A stretch of DNA of 63,615 nucleotides, counting the filler, from Octopus bimaculoides (taxonomy: Eukaryota): the NCBI RefSeq assembly GCF_001194135.2. It is 12 parts of 9 records of this genome, joined end to end, with 100 filler letters (N's around TTAATTAATTAA, not from the genome) between each part and the next. Parts side by side here need not be neighbours in the genome. Positions count along the whole stretch, not along the records: positions 49,079 to 52,148 come from NC_069001.1; positions 52,249 to 54,502 come from NC_068988.1; positions 54,603 to 59,694 come from NC_068984.1; positions 59,795 to 61,638 come from NW_026319189.1; positions 61,739 to 63,615 come from NC_068984.1; 7 more parts are not named here. One strand, given 5' to 3'. Position numbers and translations under genes: made by a program. The notes beneath the pieces are model-generated. The model was given only the letters and a program-made list of their open reading frames with translations. It was not told where the DNA came from and did not search any database. Within the stretch, counting starts at the first letter, position 1. Each line of letters starts with the position of its first letter. This document shows, piece after piece, positions 51,746 through 63,615 of this stretch.

Positions 51746-52148
51746 GGTGGTGGTGGTGACAATGGTGATGATGGCTGTTGTGGTGATGGTGGTGGTGGTG
51801 GTGGTTGGGATGATGGTGCAGATTGTAGACTGTTACTGTAGTAAGGTGGGGGAGGGGCACAATGCACGTCGTCTGATGATGGTGATGATGATGATGATGA
51901 TGATGATGATGGTGATGGTGATGGTGATGGTGATGGTGATGACGATGGTGATGGTGATGGTGATGGTGATGTTGATGATGATGGTGATGGTGATGACGAT
52001 GGTGATGGTGATGGTGATGGTGTTGGTGATGGTGATGGTGATGGTGATGTTGATGATGATGGTGATGGTGATGGTGATGGTGATGGTGATGGTGATGGTG
52101 ATGGTGATGGTGATGGTGATGACGATGGTGATGGTGATGTTGATGATG
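51746..52148. repeat. (GAT/GGT)n compound microsatellite
   Basis: Direct reading; gatggt hexamer dominates. Confidence 0.95.
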
Positions 52149-52248
52149 NNNNNNNNNNNNNNNNNNNNNNNNNNNNNNNNNNNNNNNNNNNNTTAATTAA
52201 TTAANNNNNNNNNNNNNNNNNNNNNNNNNNNNNNNNNNNNNNNNNNNN

Positions 52249-52300
<52 letters not shown>

Positions 52301-52559
52301 TGAAGTGTTAAACATATCAAGAATCCCTAATTATTGATTAATCTGTTTAGGGCGAGTGAATCAGTGCTGCAGAAATCATGCCCCTCCCGGACAAAATATA
52401 CCAACACTAAAAATTGAACTCACCGCCGTAAACTGGCAGAACATTCTCAAATTATAGTTTTGCTAATGCTTAAATATAACTTAGTGGGTAATATTACTAA
52501 TACAAAAATTTGTGATATTACAGTTTGAACTTAAAATATCTGAAGGATATAAACTTTCA

Positions 52560-54410
52560 GTTCGCTTTCTTCAAGACAGCTGTGGTATTGAGCTGAAGCT
52601 GTGGTGAAGGTGGAGGTGAGAGAGTGGTTAGGCCCTGTCGGAAGTCCCTGCGGACGGAAGTGCTGAAGGGAGTATGCGCAGCGGTGACAGGAAGAGGTCA
52701 GAGAGCAACCGGACAGCGTGAAGGAAGATGTGTGTGCACGACGAAGAGAAGGGAACGTCCACGTGGAAGTACCAGTTCGTGAAGTACAAGGGTAGAACTT
52801 ACTGCTTGACTCGGTTGGGGTTTGGCATGAGTTCGGCACCAAAAGTTATGGCAAAGGTCCTAATGACGGTCTTGGAAAAGGTGGCCGAGGTGGAGCAAGC
52901 GGCTAATTCGTAGATCGACGATATCCTCGTCGATGAGAGTGTAGCGACGGCAGAGGAAGTCGTAGATCATCTGAAGATGTTTGGGCTGACTGCTAAACCG
53001 CCAGAGGCCATAGAAGGAGGCGCTGCACTGGGGCTCAAGATTGAAAGAGATAAGATGGACAGGCTTGTTTTTCGCCGAGGAAATGAGATTCCGGATCTGA
53101 GAAAAGATATGAGTAGGCGAGAACTCTTCTCGGTGTGTGGAAAGCTGGTGGGACACTACCCAATTGCAGGATGGCCCCAGACAGCATGCAGCTTCCTCAA
53201 GAGGTGTGCCGATGGAGTAAAGTGGAACGACAAAGTAGGGGAGAAGACAACTGCCATGATGCAAGACGTTTTGGAGAGAGTGAGAGCGGAGGATTCAGTG
53301 AGGGGCAGCTGGAATGTGTCCGAAACAAAAAAGGGAGTTGTGTGGTGTGATGCAAGTAGCATCGCAATAGGAGTCATCCTGGAAGTGGGGGGTGTAGAGG
53401 TGGAAGATGCAGCGTGGCTCAGAAAAAAGAATGATTGCAGCCACATCAATGTGGTTGAACTAGATGTTGTACTAAAGGGCGTGAACTTGGTACTGAGATG
53501 GGGATTCCACGAATTGGAAATTCGGACTGATTCGGCCGCCGTAAGAGGGTGGGTGGCATCAGTAATCAGCAATCAAAGGAGGGTTCGTACAAAGGGAGGC
53601 GCAGAAATGATAGTGAAGCAGCGGTTAGGAATCCTCAGAGAGCTGGCCACGTAGTTTGGCTTGAAACTACAAGTAGTGTTTGTGCCTTCAGAAAAGAATA
53701 AGGCAGATATGCTGACCAGGGTGAAAAAGTCCTGGTTGGTGGCGGCAGAGGATGTACAGAGCGTGGCGGCTGCAGTGTGTTGCCTGGCGGGCTCAGAGCT
53801 GAGGGGGTTGTACAGCATGCACCATATGGGTGTAGACGGTACTCTGTTTCCAGCGAGGAAAGTGGACCCTAATGTTACCAGGGAAAGTGTTCAGAAAGTG
53901 GTGCGGAGCCTGCGACAGATGCCAGTCTACAGACCCTCCGCCGACTGTGCATGAGGCAGGGAGGATTCAGGTTGGAGAAGATTGGAAGAGGTTGGCGATA
54001 GATATGACTCATTATCGGGGAAGGCAGTACCTCTCAATGGTCCACTTGGTCCAGGACGGATGGCAATATAGAAGGAAATGAGGACGGAGCTGCGGCTGAA
54101 ACTGTAGAGGTCCTCAATACAGTATTCCTGGAGAGGGGGTCAGTTGATGAGCTGTTGATGAACAACAGCACAGTATTTCACTCAGGGCAGTTGAAAGAAA
54201 TGCTCGACCAATGGAATACCAGACGTTTCTTCAGAGCAGCATATATCGCCTGGCAGGAATGGGATTGTGGAGCGTCACCATCGTACAATCAAAACCATGG
54301 CTGAAGGGGGAAGATTTCTCCCATCCAAGCAGTGTTCTGGTACAATATGCCGCCAAGGTCAGGACAGGCTGGGGAGATGGTCCCGCAAAAGGCTGTGCTT
54401 ATGTGTGTGT
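52560..54410 (+). mobile_element. Ty3/Gypsy-like LTR retrotransposon pol fragment (RT, RNase H, integrase), internally deleted
   Basis: WKYQFVKYKGRTYCLTRLGFGMSSAPKVM and ANS*IDDILV (YxDD) for RT; VVWCDASSIAIG, HINVVELDVVL and EIRTDS for RNase H; HHMG..C..CQS and WKRLAIDMTHY..YLSMV for integrase. RT-RH-IN order fits Gypsy. GC-rich relative to flanks. No LTR pair recognised. Confidence 0.85.
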
Positions 54411-55567
54411 AATTCGCGGTGAAATCCGAGTTAAATAATATTTCATTAAACTGTTCTCTATAACATGTATTTAGCACTCCTTTCTTATTTGTTAGACGCA
54501 ATNNNNNNNNNNNNNNNNNNNNNNNNNNNNNNNNNNNNNNNNNNNNTTAATTAATTAANNNNNNNNNNNNNNNNNNNNNNNNNNNNNNNNNNNNNNNNNN
54601 NNACAGGAGGATGACTTAATTATAATTTTATTCCATACATTCCCCTCTCAGGTTCACAAACTTATTGCAGGGGGTCTTTCAGTTTTTCTAAGACCCGTAA
54701 AAGAACTCGGAAGTTTAGCCTCCAGCCAGGCCTTTCGCAACAACCTTAAAGCCAGGAACTTTTCAGCACCCCCTTGTGCGTGTGTGTGTGTGTGTGTGTA
54801 TGTGTGTGTGTATTGGCATAATCCTCTAGGTAATTCTACTCCTCATTTGGGACTATACACCATACGAAATACGAATACGGTTAGGACTTACATGTGTAGC
54901 CTTGTGAGTTGATAAACTTCGATCAAGCAAGCCGTAGATAAAATTCCTTCGCTGTGTGCTGCATTTAGATGCAGCAAAATGATGCACAACAAAGGCACTA
55001 AAGATAATGCCGTTTGGAATGAGTTTGGTATTAATGCAAATATGTGAAAACATGTGCATGTTTCTGCATTATTAAACCTTTTCAGCGAAACATTCATTTC
55101 AGTGTGTATTGTTGCGTCTAATTTTCCACATGCACCCTCGTGAGGGCTGAATGCAAATAAGTGTGTGCGTGCGTGTGTGTGAGAGAGGGGGCGTAATGGG
55201 CTTCCCCGTTGAGTACGACATAAGAGTATCCGATGCTCGATCAACTGAACCACTCACCTATGGAATTTGCATGTGAGAATTCCACAGCCACGTGTAACGC
55301 GAACGTAATTATCTGGCAGAATCAATGTGATGAAGGTGGAACTTTGAATCACAAGTACTGTTTAGCCAAAGGGTTTCAACATAGATTCTGTCAACTCAAT
55401 TTCACTCCAAGGCTGGCACTTGCCTTCGATAATATGCGATGTGATTCACTACAATAAGAAATGATTTTGAAACGAAATTGTTAACCACTAGTCGATACCT
55501 GCATCTAATCTATCATCTCCACCCACGCCCATACACCCAGACATGCTCACATGCAGAGAAACACTAA

Positions 55568-55635
<68 letters not shown>

Positions 55636-56614
55636 CGTGCGTGCGTGTGTGCGTGTGTGTGTGTGATAAGTTTGGGTCATATCGGACTGTAACCATGCTG
55701 AGGCACTCCATTCTCCGGCATAGTGGTTTACCTAAATCTTAGGAGGATAAATGGCAAACGACTGTGACATGACAATTGTAGAAATATCCCTTGCATCTCT
55801 GAGGAACAGAATGGGAGTTCTTATGTCCCAGTACTTAAGTTTATAAACTTATTTTGCCTCATAACCACAGTAGATCTTTCAATAACAAGAAATAAATGAA
55901 ATAAAATTAATGTTTCACAGTATTCAGTCATTTGTCTGGACGGTCGAGCGCTAAAAGGCATATTCTTAACAAAAACATAGAGGATTCTCGTTCATAAATA
56001 TAGGTATTCAACGGTGGTTTTATGTGGTGTCTCGATCAGTTACAAAATTCAGATAAATCTCCCAGAAACCTCGCTCTGTTGTCTCATATAAAGAAAAGAT
56101 GGATTAGATTAGATAATATATTACAACATATCCGTAAAAATGAAGCAGAAGGGTCATAGCTGAAAGATTTTTTGATCTGTCGTCTGCTCGATATGTAGTA
56201 ACAACAGGACAGTAACTATTCACCTTCCTCAGTACGAAATTTATAATTTACCATTGTTTATTTGTCCATCAGCACTAACTACTTGAAAAGAAATCACAGC
56301 ACTGAATTGAAAGTTTTCTGATGAATTGAATTGTGTTGGGAAATGGTATTGAAAAAAACAAAAACGATACTAGAAGAGACGACTCTATATTTCAACGTTA
56401 AATTTTATATACAAGGGGACCACATATTAGATATGCAGGTGTGTGTGAATGTAAATACATATGTATGAATGTATGTACGTGTATACGTACGTACGTACGT
56501 ATCTCGTTATGTGTTTACGTGTTTTTTGCTCATTCTTGATGTCCTGTTCTTATTGTGTATATGTGTGTGTGTGTATAAATACAAACAAACACACACACAC
56601 ACATACACACACAC

Positions 56615-56730
56615 ACAATCTGTGTGGGTGTTTTTTCAAAACACTGTCTGGTTTAAAAAGCCACATCAGACGCCATGAAAGGGCTAAGGTGTAGGTGCAG
56701 GAGGTGGTCAAACTCTGTTTAAGGAGTAGA
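56615..56730 (+). mobile_element. RTE-like LINE extreme 3' end with single C2H2-like finger
   Basis: NLCGCFFKTLSGLKSHIRRHERAKV* then short 3' UTR and (TA)n; isolated, no splice acceptor, preceded by (CA)n. Confidence 0.5.
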
Positions 56731-57168
56731 CAACCACCATATATATATATATATATATATATAGTAGACTTACTTGCAAAATAGGACGTGTGCGTTCAAT
56801 AATGTAATAATACAAAGAATATATATACATGTATACACACATANNNNNNNNNNNNNNNNNNNNNNNNNNNNNNNNNNNNNNNNNNNNNNNNNNNNNNNNN
56901 NNNNNNNNNNNNNNNNNNNNNNNNNNNNNNNNNNNNNNNNNNNNNNNNNNNNNNNNNNNNNNNNNNNNNNNNNNNNNNNNNNNNNNNNNNNNNNNNNNNN
57001 NNNNNNNNNNNNNNNNNNNNNNNNNNNNNNNNNNNNNNNNNNNNNNNNNNNNNNNNNNNNNNNNNNNNNNNNNNNNNNNNNNNNNNNNNNNNNNNNNNNN
57101 NNNNNNTATATATACATATATATACATATATATATATACACACACACACACACATATATATACATATA

Positions 57169-57304
57169 TGTGTGGTAAGTAGCTTTCTTTACCAACACAC
57201 ATGGTTCCGGTTTCAGTCCCACTGCATGGCACCTTGGGCAAGTGTCTTCTACTATAGCCTCGGGCCGACCAAATCCGGTAGACGGAAACTGAAAGAAGCC
57301 CGTC

Positions 57305-57305
<1 letters not shown>
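57169..57305 (+). mobile_element. SINE family A, 5' half
   Basis: gtggtaagtagctttcttaccaac..gcaccttgggcaagtgtcttctactatagcctcgggccgacc..gaaagaagcccgtcg. Confidence 0.8.
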
Positions 57306-57368
<63 letters not shown>

Positions 57369-57788
57369 ATATATATATGTACACCGCAGTAAGCACATAA
57401 ATGTGCAACAAAACTGTAAGCACATAATGTGCAACAAAACTGTCCGATGAACGGGAACGTGAAACTCCGAGTAACAGTTTTTTGTTATATTTCTGCTGCT
57501 TTTTCTTTAAAGTATATATATATTTATATATAAAAATGGTCATATATAGATTTGTACAAGTGCAATGAATGGACAGATATCACACACACACTTACACACG
57601 CGAATACAGACTCACTTACACACACACACACCCAAACTCATAGACACACACACAGTGTGGAGAGACGTACAAGGTTACTGTTGTTTAAATAAACATGCTT
57701 TTACTGCATTAGAACATGGTTAAGCAAGGAGAAAAAGAAAATTACAGACAAAAGCTTTGTAAATGATATCTCAGTGATAGCATACACG

Positions 57789-57839
<51 letters not shown>

Positions 57840-58739
57840 NNNNNNNNNNNNNNNNNNNNNNNNNNNNNNNNNNNNNNNNNNNNNNNNNNNNNNNNNNNNN
57901 NNNNNNNNNNNNNNNNNNNNNNNNNNNNNNNNNNNNNNNNNNNNNNNNNNNNNNNNNNNNNNNNNNNNNNNNNNNNNNNNNNNNNNNNNNNNNNNNNNNN
58001 NNNNNNNNNNNNNNNNNNNNNNNNNNNNNNNNNNNNNNNNNNNNNNNNNNNNNNNNNNNNNNNNNNNNNNNNNNNNNNNNNNNNNNNNNNNNNNNNNNNN
58101 NNNNNNNNNNNNNNNNNNNNNNNNNNNNNNNNNNNNNNNNNNNNNNNNNNNNNNNNNNNNNNNNNNNNNNNNNNNNNNNNNNNNNNNNNNNNNNNNNNNN
58201 NNNNNNNNNNNNNNNNNNNNNNNNNNNNNNNNNNNNNNNNNNNNNNNNNNNNNNNNNNNNNNNNNNNNNNNNNNNNNNNNNNNNNNNNNNNNNNNNNNNN
58301 NNNNNNNNNNNNNNNNNNNNNNNNNNNNNNNNNNNNNNNNNNNNNNNNNNNNNNNNNNNNNNNNNNNNNNNNNNNNNNNNNNNNNNNNNNNNNNNNNNNN
58401 NNNNNNNNNNNNNNNNNNNNNNNNNNNNNNNNNNNNNNNNNNNNNNNNNNNNNNNNNNNNNNNNNNNNNNNNNNNNNNNNNNNNNNNNNNNNNNNNNNNN
58501 NNNNNNNNNNNNNNNNNNNNNNNNNNNNNNNNNNNNNNNNNNATATATATATGTATATATGTATGTATGTATGTAGGTATATATATATATACTCTCTCTT
58601 TCCTTTCCTGAGCGTCCAATAATACTATCCATATCGCGTCCTCACTTTGTTGTTTTTTTGTTTTTTTTGTTATTGTTTTTTTTAACTATATCTATATATA
58701 TACACACACACACACACACGCACACATATTTTGATATTT

Positions 58740-58925
58740 GGGCCACCAGTTTTGGGTCAGGAGATAAGTCGATTATATTGACCGTAGTGTTTTATTTCAT
58801 AACTCCGAAAGGAAGACAAATTAAGTCGACCTAGGCAAAATTTGAACTCGGAACGTGTAGACGGACAGGATGGGCAAAGCATTTTGCCTGGCATGCAAAC
58901 AGGTCTATCAGCTCAACGCCTCTCT
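58740..58925 (-). mobile_element. SINE family B, diverged
   Basis: gtcgattatattgacc..aagtcgacctaggcaaaatttgaactcggaacgtgtagacggac..ttttgcctggcatgc. Confidence 0.55.
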
Positions 58926-59000
58926 CACACACACACCCACACACACACGCACACTTTGCTAGTAAGGTTGCTATATTTCTTTTTGAAAATATAATATTCT

Positions 59001-59156
59001 ACCAGGTATATTCGAGGTTATTGAGTCAATGCCGTTTCCAGAAAAAGTGGAATCGAAGTTTTTATACTTAGAGTTTTACCAGCTATATTCGAGGTTATTG
59101 AGTCAACGCCGTTTCCAGAAAAAGTGGAATCGAAGTTTTTATACTTCTTAGAGTTT
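59001..59156. repeat. 77-bp tandem duplication
   Basis: accag.tatattcgaggttattgagtcaa.gccgtttccagaaaaagtggaatcgaagtttttatactt at 59001 and 59078. Confidence 0.9.
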
Positions 59157-59546
59157 CATCATAGAATAATTGCTCTAAGAATAGCAAGAACTTCTGATAT
59201 TGATTCCATGTTATCTGCCTACCAGTTAGACAAAACTTGTAGTATGATACTTTCTATGATTTCCACACTGAAACTGCACACGAGCGCGCGCGGGCACAGG
59301 CGCACACCCTCAAACATTCAAGCACACACGCTCACACACACACACACACACATATAAACAAACTTAGAAATATATTGATATGCATATTATGTATACATTG
59401 TCTATATAAAATATGTACATACATCATGTACATACATACAAATGTATAATGAAGTATGTTCGTCTATATGAAGATTACATATATGATATATAGATACATA
59501 TATATATCAAAATTATATGTAAATTATTTATATTATATAAATATAG

Positions 59547-59585
<39 letters not shown>

Positions 59586-59586
59586 C

Positions 59587-59617
<31 letters not shown>

Positions 59618-59650
59618 CGTAAATTATGTTGTATAAATATACATACATAC

Positions 59651-59682
<32 letters not shown>

Positions 59683-60397
59683 ATATTTATATATNNNNNN
59701 NNNNNNNNNNNNNNNNNNNNNNNNNNNNNNNNNNNNNNTTAATTAATTAANNNNNNNNNNNNNNNNNNNNNNNNNNNNNNNNNNNNNNNNNNNNTTGCTG
59801 AACTGATCAGTTTCGGGGACGTAAACATATCAATATCGGTTGTCAGGGGACAACCACAGATCCACAAATATATATATATATATTTTAATATCAAATAGCT
59901 ATGAGCGTCCATCCAAGTAAAATTGGAATCAAAGGAGACCATAGGCATAAAATGGTCGTGAATCACTGCTCCAACCGTAGTTAAACGACATTAGATAATT
60001 TAGAGTACAATATCAGCATCTCCAGAAATTCAAATGTACAACGAGATATAAATTAATCAGTAACAATGAAATCTCATCGGAAAAGCAAGGGTATTTCATT
60101 AGCTATATTTATACTTTAATCAGTAAAGGCAAGAGACTATGAAGTATTCGTTTCGTACGTAATTCGCCAAATATTTGGAACAAACCCGATGGCGGAAATT
60201 AAATGAAATTCTTCGCCAGTATATAGAATTAAACAGTGTATTGTAAAAGTACAGTTAACAGGAAGAAGTATTTACGTATTTAAGTGAACTGTAACAGTGT
60301 TTACATATCTGAGATGAGAGAGAGAGTCAGAAATAGAGCGATAGAAATAGAGTGCGTGGGAGTGGGAAGAGAAAGAGAGAGAAAGACAGATTGAGAA

Positions 60398-60482
<85 letters not shown>

Positions 60483-60814
60483 AAGAGAGAATATTCAATT
60501 TTCTTTGCACTCTGTTCTTTTCTCTCCGTCTGGTTTAAAATAGGAAGGTCAAGATTCATGACTTTTTGGACGGTTTCTGAGAATGTTGCAGGAAAACAAA
60601 GGAAACAAGACTCGTGTTATTCTCAGACGGTAGAGTTGTTTCGAAAACTTGCAACAAGCTGACCCTGATGAAGACATTTAAAGGCCGAAATATGGTACTA
60701 AACCGAGTGACGATTAAATGTATCGTAGCAAAAGTGTTACATATCATTCGATAGTTTCGGTGCACCCACATTTACACACACGGTTTGAGTCGACCACTGC
60801 CTATGGCAGAGCGC

Positions 60815-60996
60815 ACATGGCTAAAACACTAAGAAGGTATGGTTGTGTACTTTAGAAGTTCACTTTGCAACCACAAGGTTCAATCATTGGCTCTACAGCA
60901 GAGCATCATCGGCAAGTGTTTCCTTCTATAACCCTGGGCCAATCTATGCCGCGTGAATGAATTTGGTTGACGAAAAATGTGTGGAAGCCCATCAGC

Positions 60997-61067
<71 letters not shown>

Positions 61068-61255
61068 TTTATGTGTGTCTTTTCGTTTGCGTTTATCACA
61101 CCATTGGTTGAAAACCAGTTAATGGCTCCGTAAGAAATCAATAGAATAGGTACCAGACTTAACAAAAGAAAAAAACAATGCACTGGGTTGTGAATCGTTT
61201 GACTAACCTTACAATGGAGTGCTCCAGCATGACCACAGTTCAATGCTTGAAGGAA
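60815..61255 (+). mobile_element. SINE family A, older diverged copy
   Basis: Head-like ggttgtgt..ggttcaatc, gcatcatcggcaagtgtttcc, internal (TG)n, 3' segment gagtgctccagcatgaccacag. Confidence 0.55.
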
Positions 61256-62081
61256 GTAAACGTGGAAATGAATTTGTTTGGAAACAGATTATCGCAAAGT
61301 AAACTTCGTAACAATACAGCTTTGCAGCTAAATATAACAAGGTTAACTCATGCGTACTTTACATAGAAGTAAAGACTAGATGGACGTTAACCAAGGTTCA
61401 TGCAAAGGGATGTATAGTTTTAGATCAGATGGATTACATAGAGTGTGACGAGATGAATATTTGGTTTGGCTCAATGAAGCATGAACACTGGACGTTCATG
61501 ATGCGATGGGTGTCACGCCATTGTAGTACAATATAGACATCTTGGAAGAACAGCATTACGGAAGTAAATATGGCAAGAGAAGCCATATCTAGAAATATAT
61601 GTAATAATGTAATGTGCGCGCGCGCGTTGATATATTGTNNNNNNNNNNNNNNNNNNNNNNNNNNNNNNNNNNNNNNNNNNNNTTAATTAATTAANNNNNN
61701 NNNNNNNNNNNNNNNNNNNNNNNNNNNNNNNNNNNNNNATATATATATATATATATATACGTGTGTGAACGTGATGTTTAAAATTGTAACAGAATCAATA
61801 CAGTAAAATGGGATAATTTAGAGACAGGTCTTTTGTGATCCAGCATCCATATGATCAGCTTTATTCCCGCCGTGACTATCCCACCTTGAAAGACAATACT
61901 ACTACTTGGCTGCAACTTTTAGCGCATCGAGAAACAATGTGAGGTCTTCCTCGCCGCTCATACACACACACACACACACAAAAGAAGTGACAAACACGTA
62001 ATTTCATTGGGAATATAATTATCGTTATTGCTAAAGTGACACTAGTAAGGTCATTCATTATTCATTATTTTAACACACCTT

Positions 62082-62695
62082 AGGCAGCGAGGTGGCAGAA
62101 ACGTTAGCACGCCGGACGAAATACATAGCGGTATATCATCTGTCTTTACGTTCTGAGTTCAAGTGCCGCCGAAGTCGACTTTGCCTTTCATCCTTTCGGG
62201 TTCGATAAATTAAGTACCAGTTACGCACTGGGGTCGATGTAATCGACTTAATCCCTTTGTCTGTCCTTGTTTGTCTCTTCTATGTTTAGCCCCTTGTGGG
62301 CAATAAAGACATAAAAAACGTTAGCATGCCGAGCGAAATGCCTAGTGGTATTTCGTCCGCTGCAACGTTCTGAGTTCAAATTCCACCGAGGTCGACTTTG
62401 CTTTTCATCCTTTCGGGTTCGATAAATTAAGAACCAGTTGCGTCCTGGGTCGATCTAATCGACTGGCCCACTTCGCCAAAATTTCGAGCGAATATTTTAG
62501 CACGCCGGGCAAAATGCTTGACGGTATTTCGCCCTTCGCTACGATCTGAGTTCAAATTCCACCTAGGTCGACTTTACCTTTCATCCTTTCGAGGTCGATG
62601 AATTAAATACCAGTGAAACACTGGGGTCGATGCAATCGAATAGTGCCCTCCCCACCAAAATTGTTGCCCTTGTGGCAAAAATTTGAAATCATTAT
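62082..62695 (+). mobile_element. Head-to-tail trimer of SINE family B
   Basis: Three consecutive units starting near 62082, 62317 and 62497, each with ttagcacgccg..ctgagttcaa..gtcgacttt(g/a)c.tttcatcctttcg..gtcgat. Confidence 0.8.
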
Positions 62696-62957
62696 TATTT
62701 ACTCATTATCATTTATAACATATATTCGTGTGTTCGTTTCTAAGAGTGCATAAGTGGCAAAGACGAATGCCGTATCTGTCGCTGTTCACTACTATCAGGT
62801 ACATCTACGATAGACACGCTGACACGTAATGGCATACATGCATGCATATGGACGTACATACTTACATAAAGATATACGTATATGCATACACGCACACACT
62901 TATATGCACACACACACACACACATATACATATATGCATACGTTTATACATGTACAC

Positions 62958-63003
<46 letters not shown>

Positions 63004-63024
63004 ACATGTATACATATATGTGTG

Positions 63025-63069
<45 letters not shown>

Positions 63070-63169
63070 ACAGACACATACACATGCGCATACGCACACA
63101 TACACACATATACATACATGTGTGTGTGTGTGTGTGTGTGTATGTGTGTGTGCAAACAAGCATACATGT

Positions 63170-63370
63170 GTGTGTCATTCTCTTTGTCCTCTCACCCACC
63201 GCTTGACAATAGCTGTTGGTTTGTTTACGTCCCTTTAGCGCTTCAGTCAAAGAATAACTGGTAGAATAACAGGCTTAAAAAATGATAGTGTGATCGATTT
63301 GTTTGACTACACCAAGCAAGATGGTGCCCCAGCATGACCGCAGTCTACTGAACGAAACAACTCTAAGATA
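63170..63370 (+). mobile_element. SINE family A, 3' half
   Basis: ccaccgcttgacaatagctgttgg..ggtgccccagcatgaccgcagtc. Confidence 0.6.
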
Positions 63371-63553
63371 AAAGATGCTTACATAGAGGCATACATTGAA
63401 TTTACATACACATTTATATATAATCCAAACGTTGAAGAATAACGACAGGTATATAGGCTAGTACACACAATAGCAGATCAACATAAGACAGTGGTCCTGA
63501 ATATAAATAGATGTACCTGAATTGTGATCACCTGGAAAATATATACAGGCATT

Positions 63554-63615
<62 letters not shown>

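Noticed and set aside
52425-52433. Minus-strand 9-nt microexon TTTACGGCG (CAG..GTGAGT)
   Set aside because: No real polypyrimidine tract; ctggcagaa also resembles the SINE family B head.
56615-56694. C2H2 zinc-finger gene exon
   Set aside because: Single incomplete finger with no linker, no acceptor and an immediate stop; better explained as an RTE-like LINE 3' end.
164-63250. Most ORFs in the supplied track (YIYI, HTHT, VCVC, SLSL, poly-X)
   Set aside because: Translations of di-, tri- and tetranucleotide microsatellites or N gaps; no coding signal.

Overview
Eukaryotic, AT-rich, microsatellite-saturated draft scaffold with many N gaps. The SINE families and the Dong/R4, Penelope and Tc1/mariner remnants resemble an octopod cephalopod genome (inference, not checked). 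No host protein-coding gene could be confidently identified, and nearly all supplied ORFs come from simple repeats or gaps. Recognisable coding sequence is all decayed transposons: a near full-length L1/Tx1-type LINE (about 15.6-20.8 kb, minus), a Gypsy-like pol fragment (52.6-54.4 kb), a head-to-tail chain of Dong/R4-like RLE LINE 3' ends with (TAA)n tails (38.6-40.3 kb), mariner and Tc1-superfamily fragments, a Penelope GIY-YIG 3' end with a hammerhead-like motif, and more than 25 tRNA-derived SINE copies. The most interesting unexplained signal is on the plus strand: five tandem 3' splice acceptors at 32.9-35.3 kb, four followed by a phase-2 stop and a poly(A) hexamer, plus three frame-preserving microexon candidates with upstream UGC motifs. 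Together these hint that the window lies inside a large, alternatively spliced gene whose constitutive exons are outside the window or in gaps. That is a hypothesis needing RNA-seq. Repeat boundaries are approximate.
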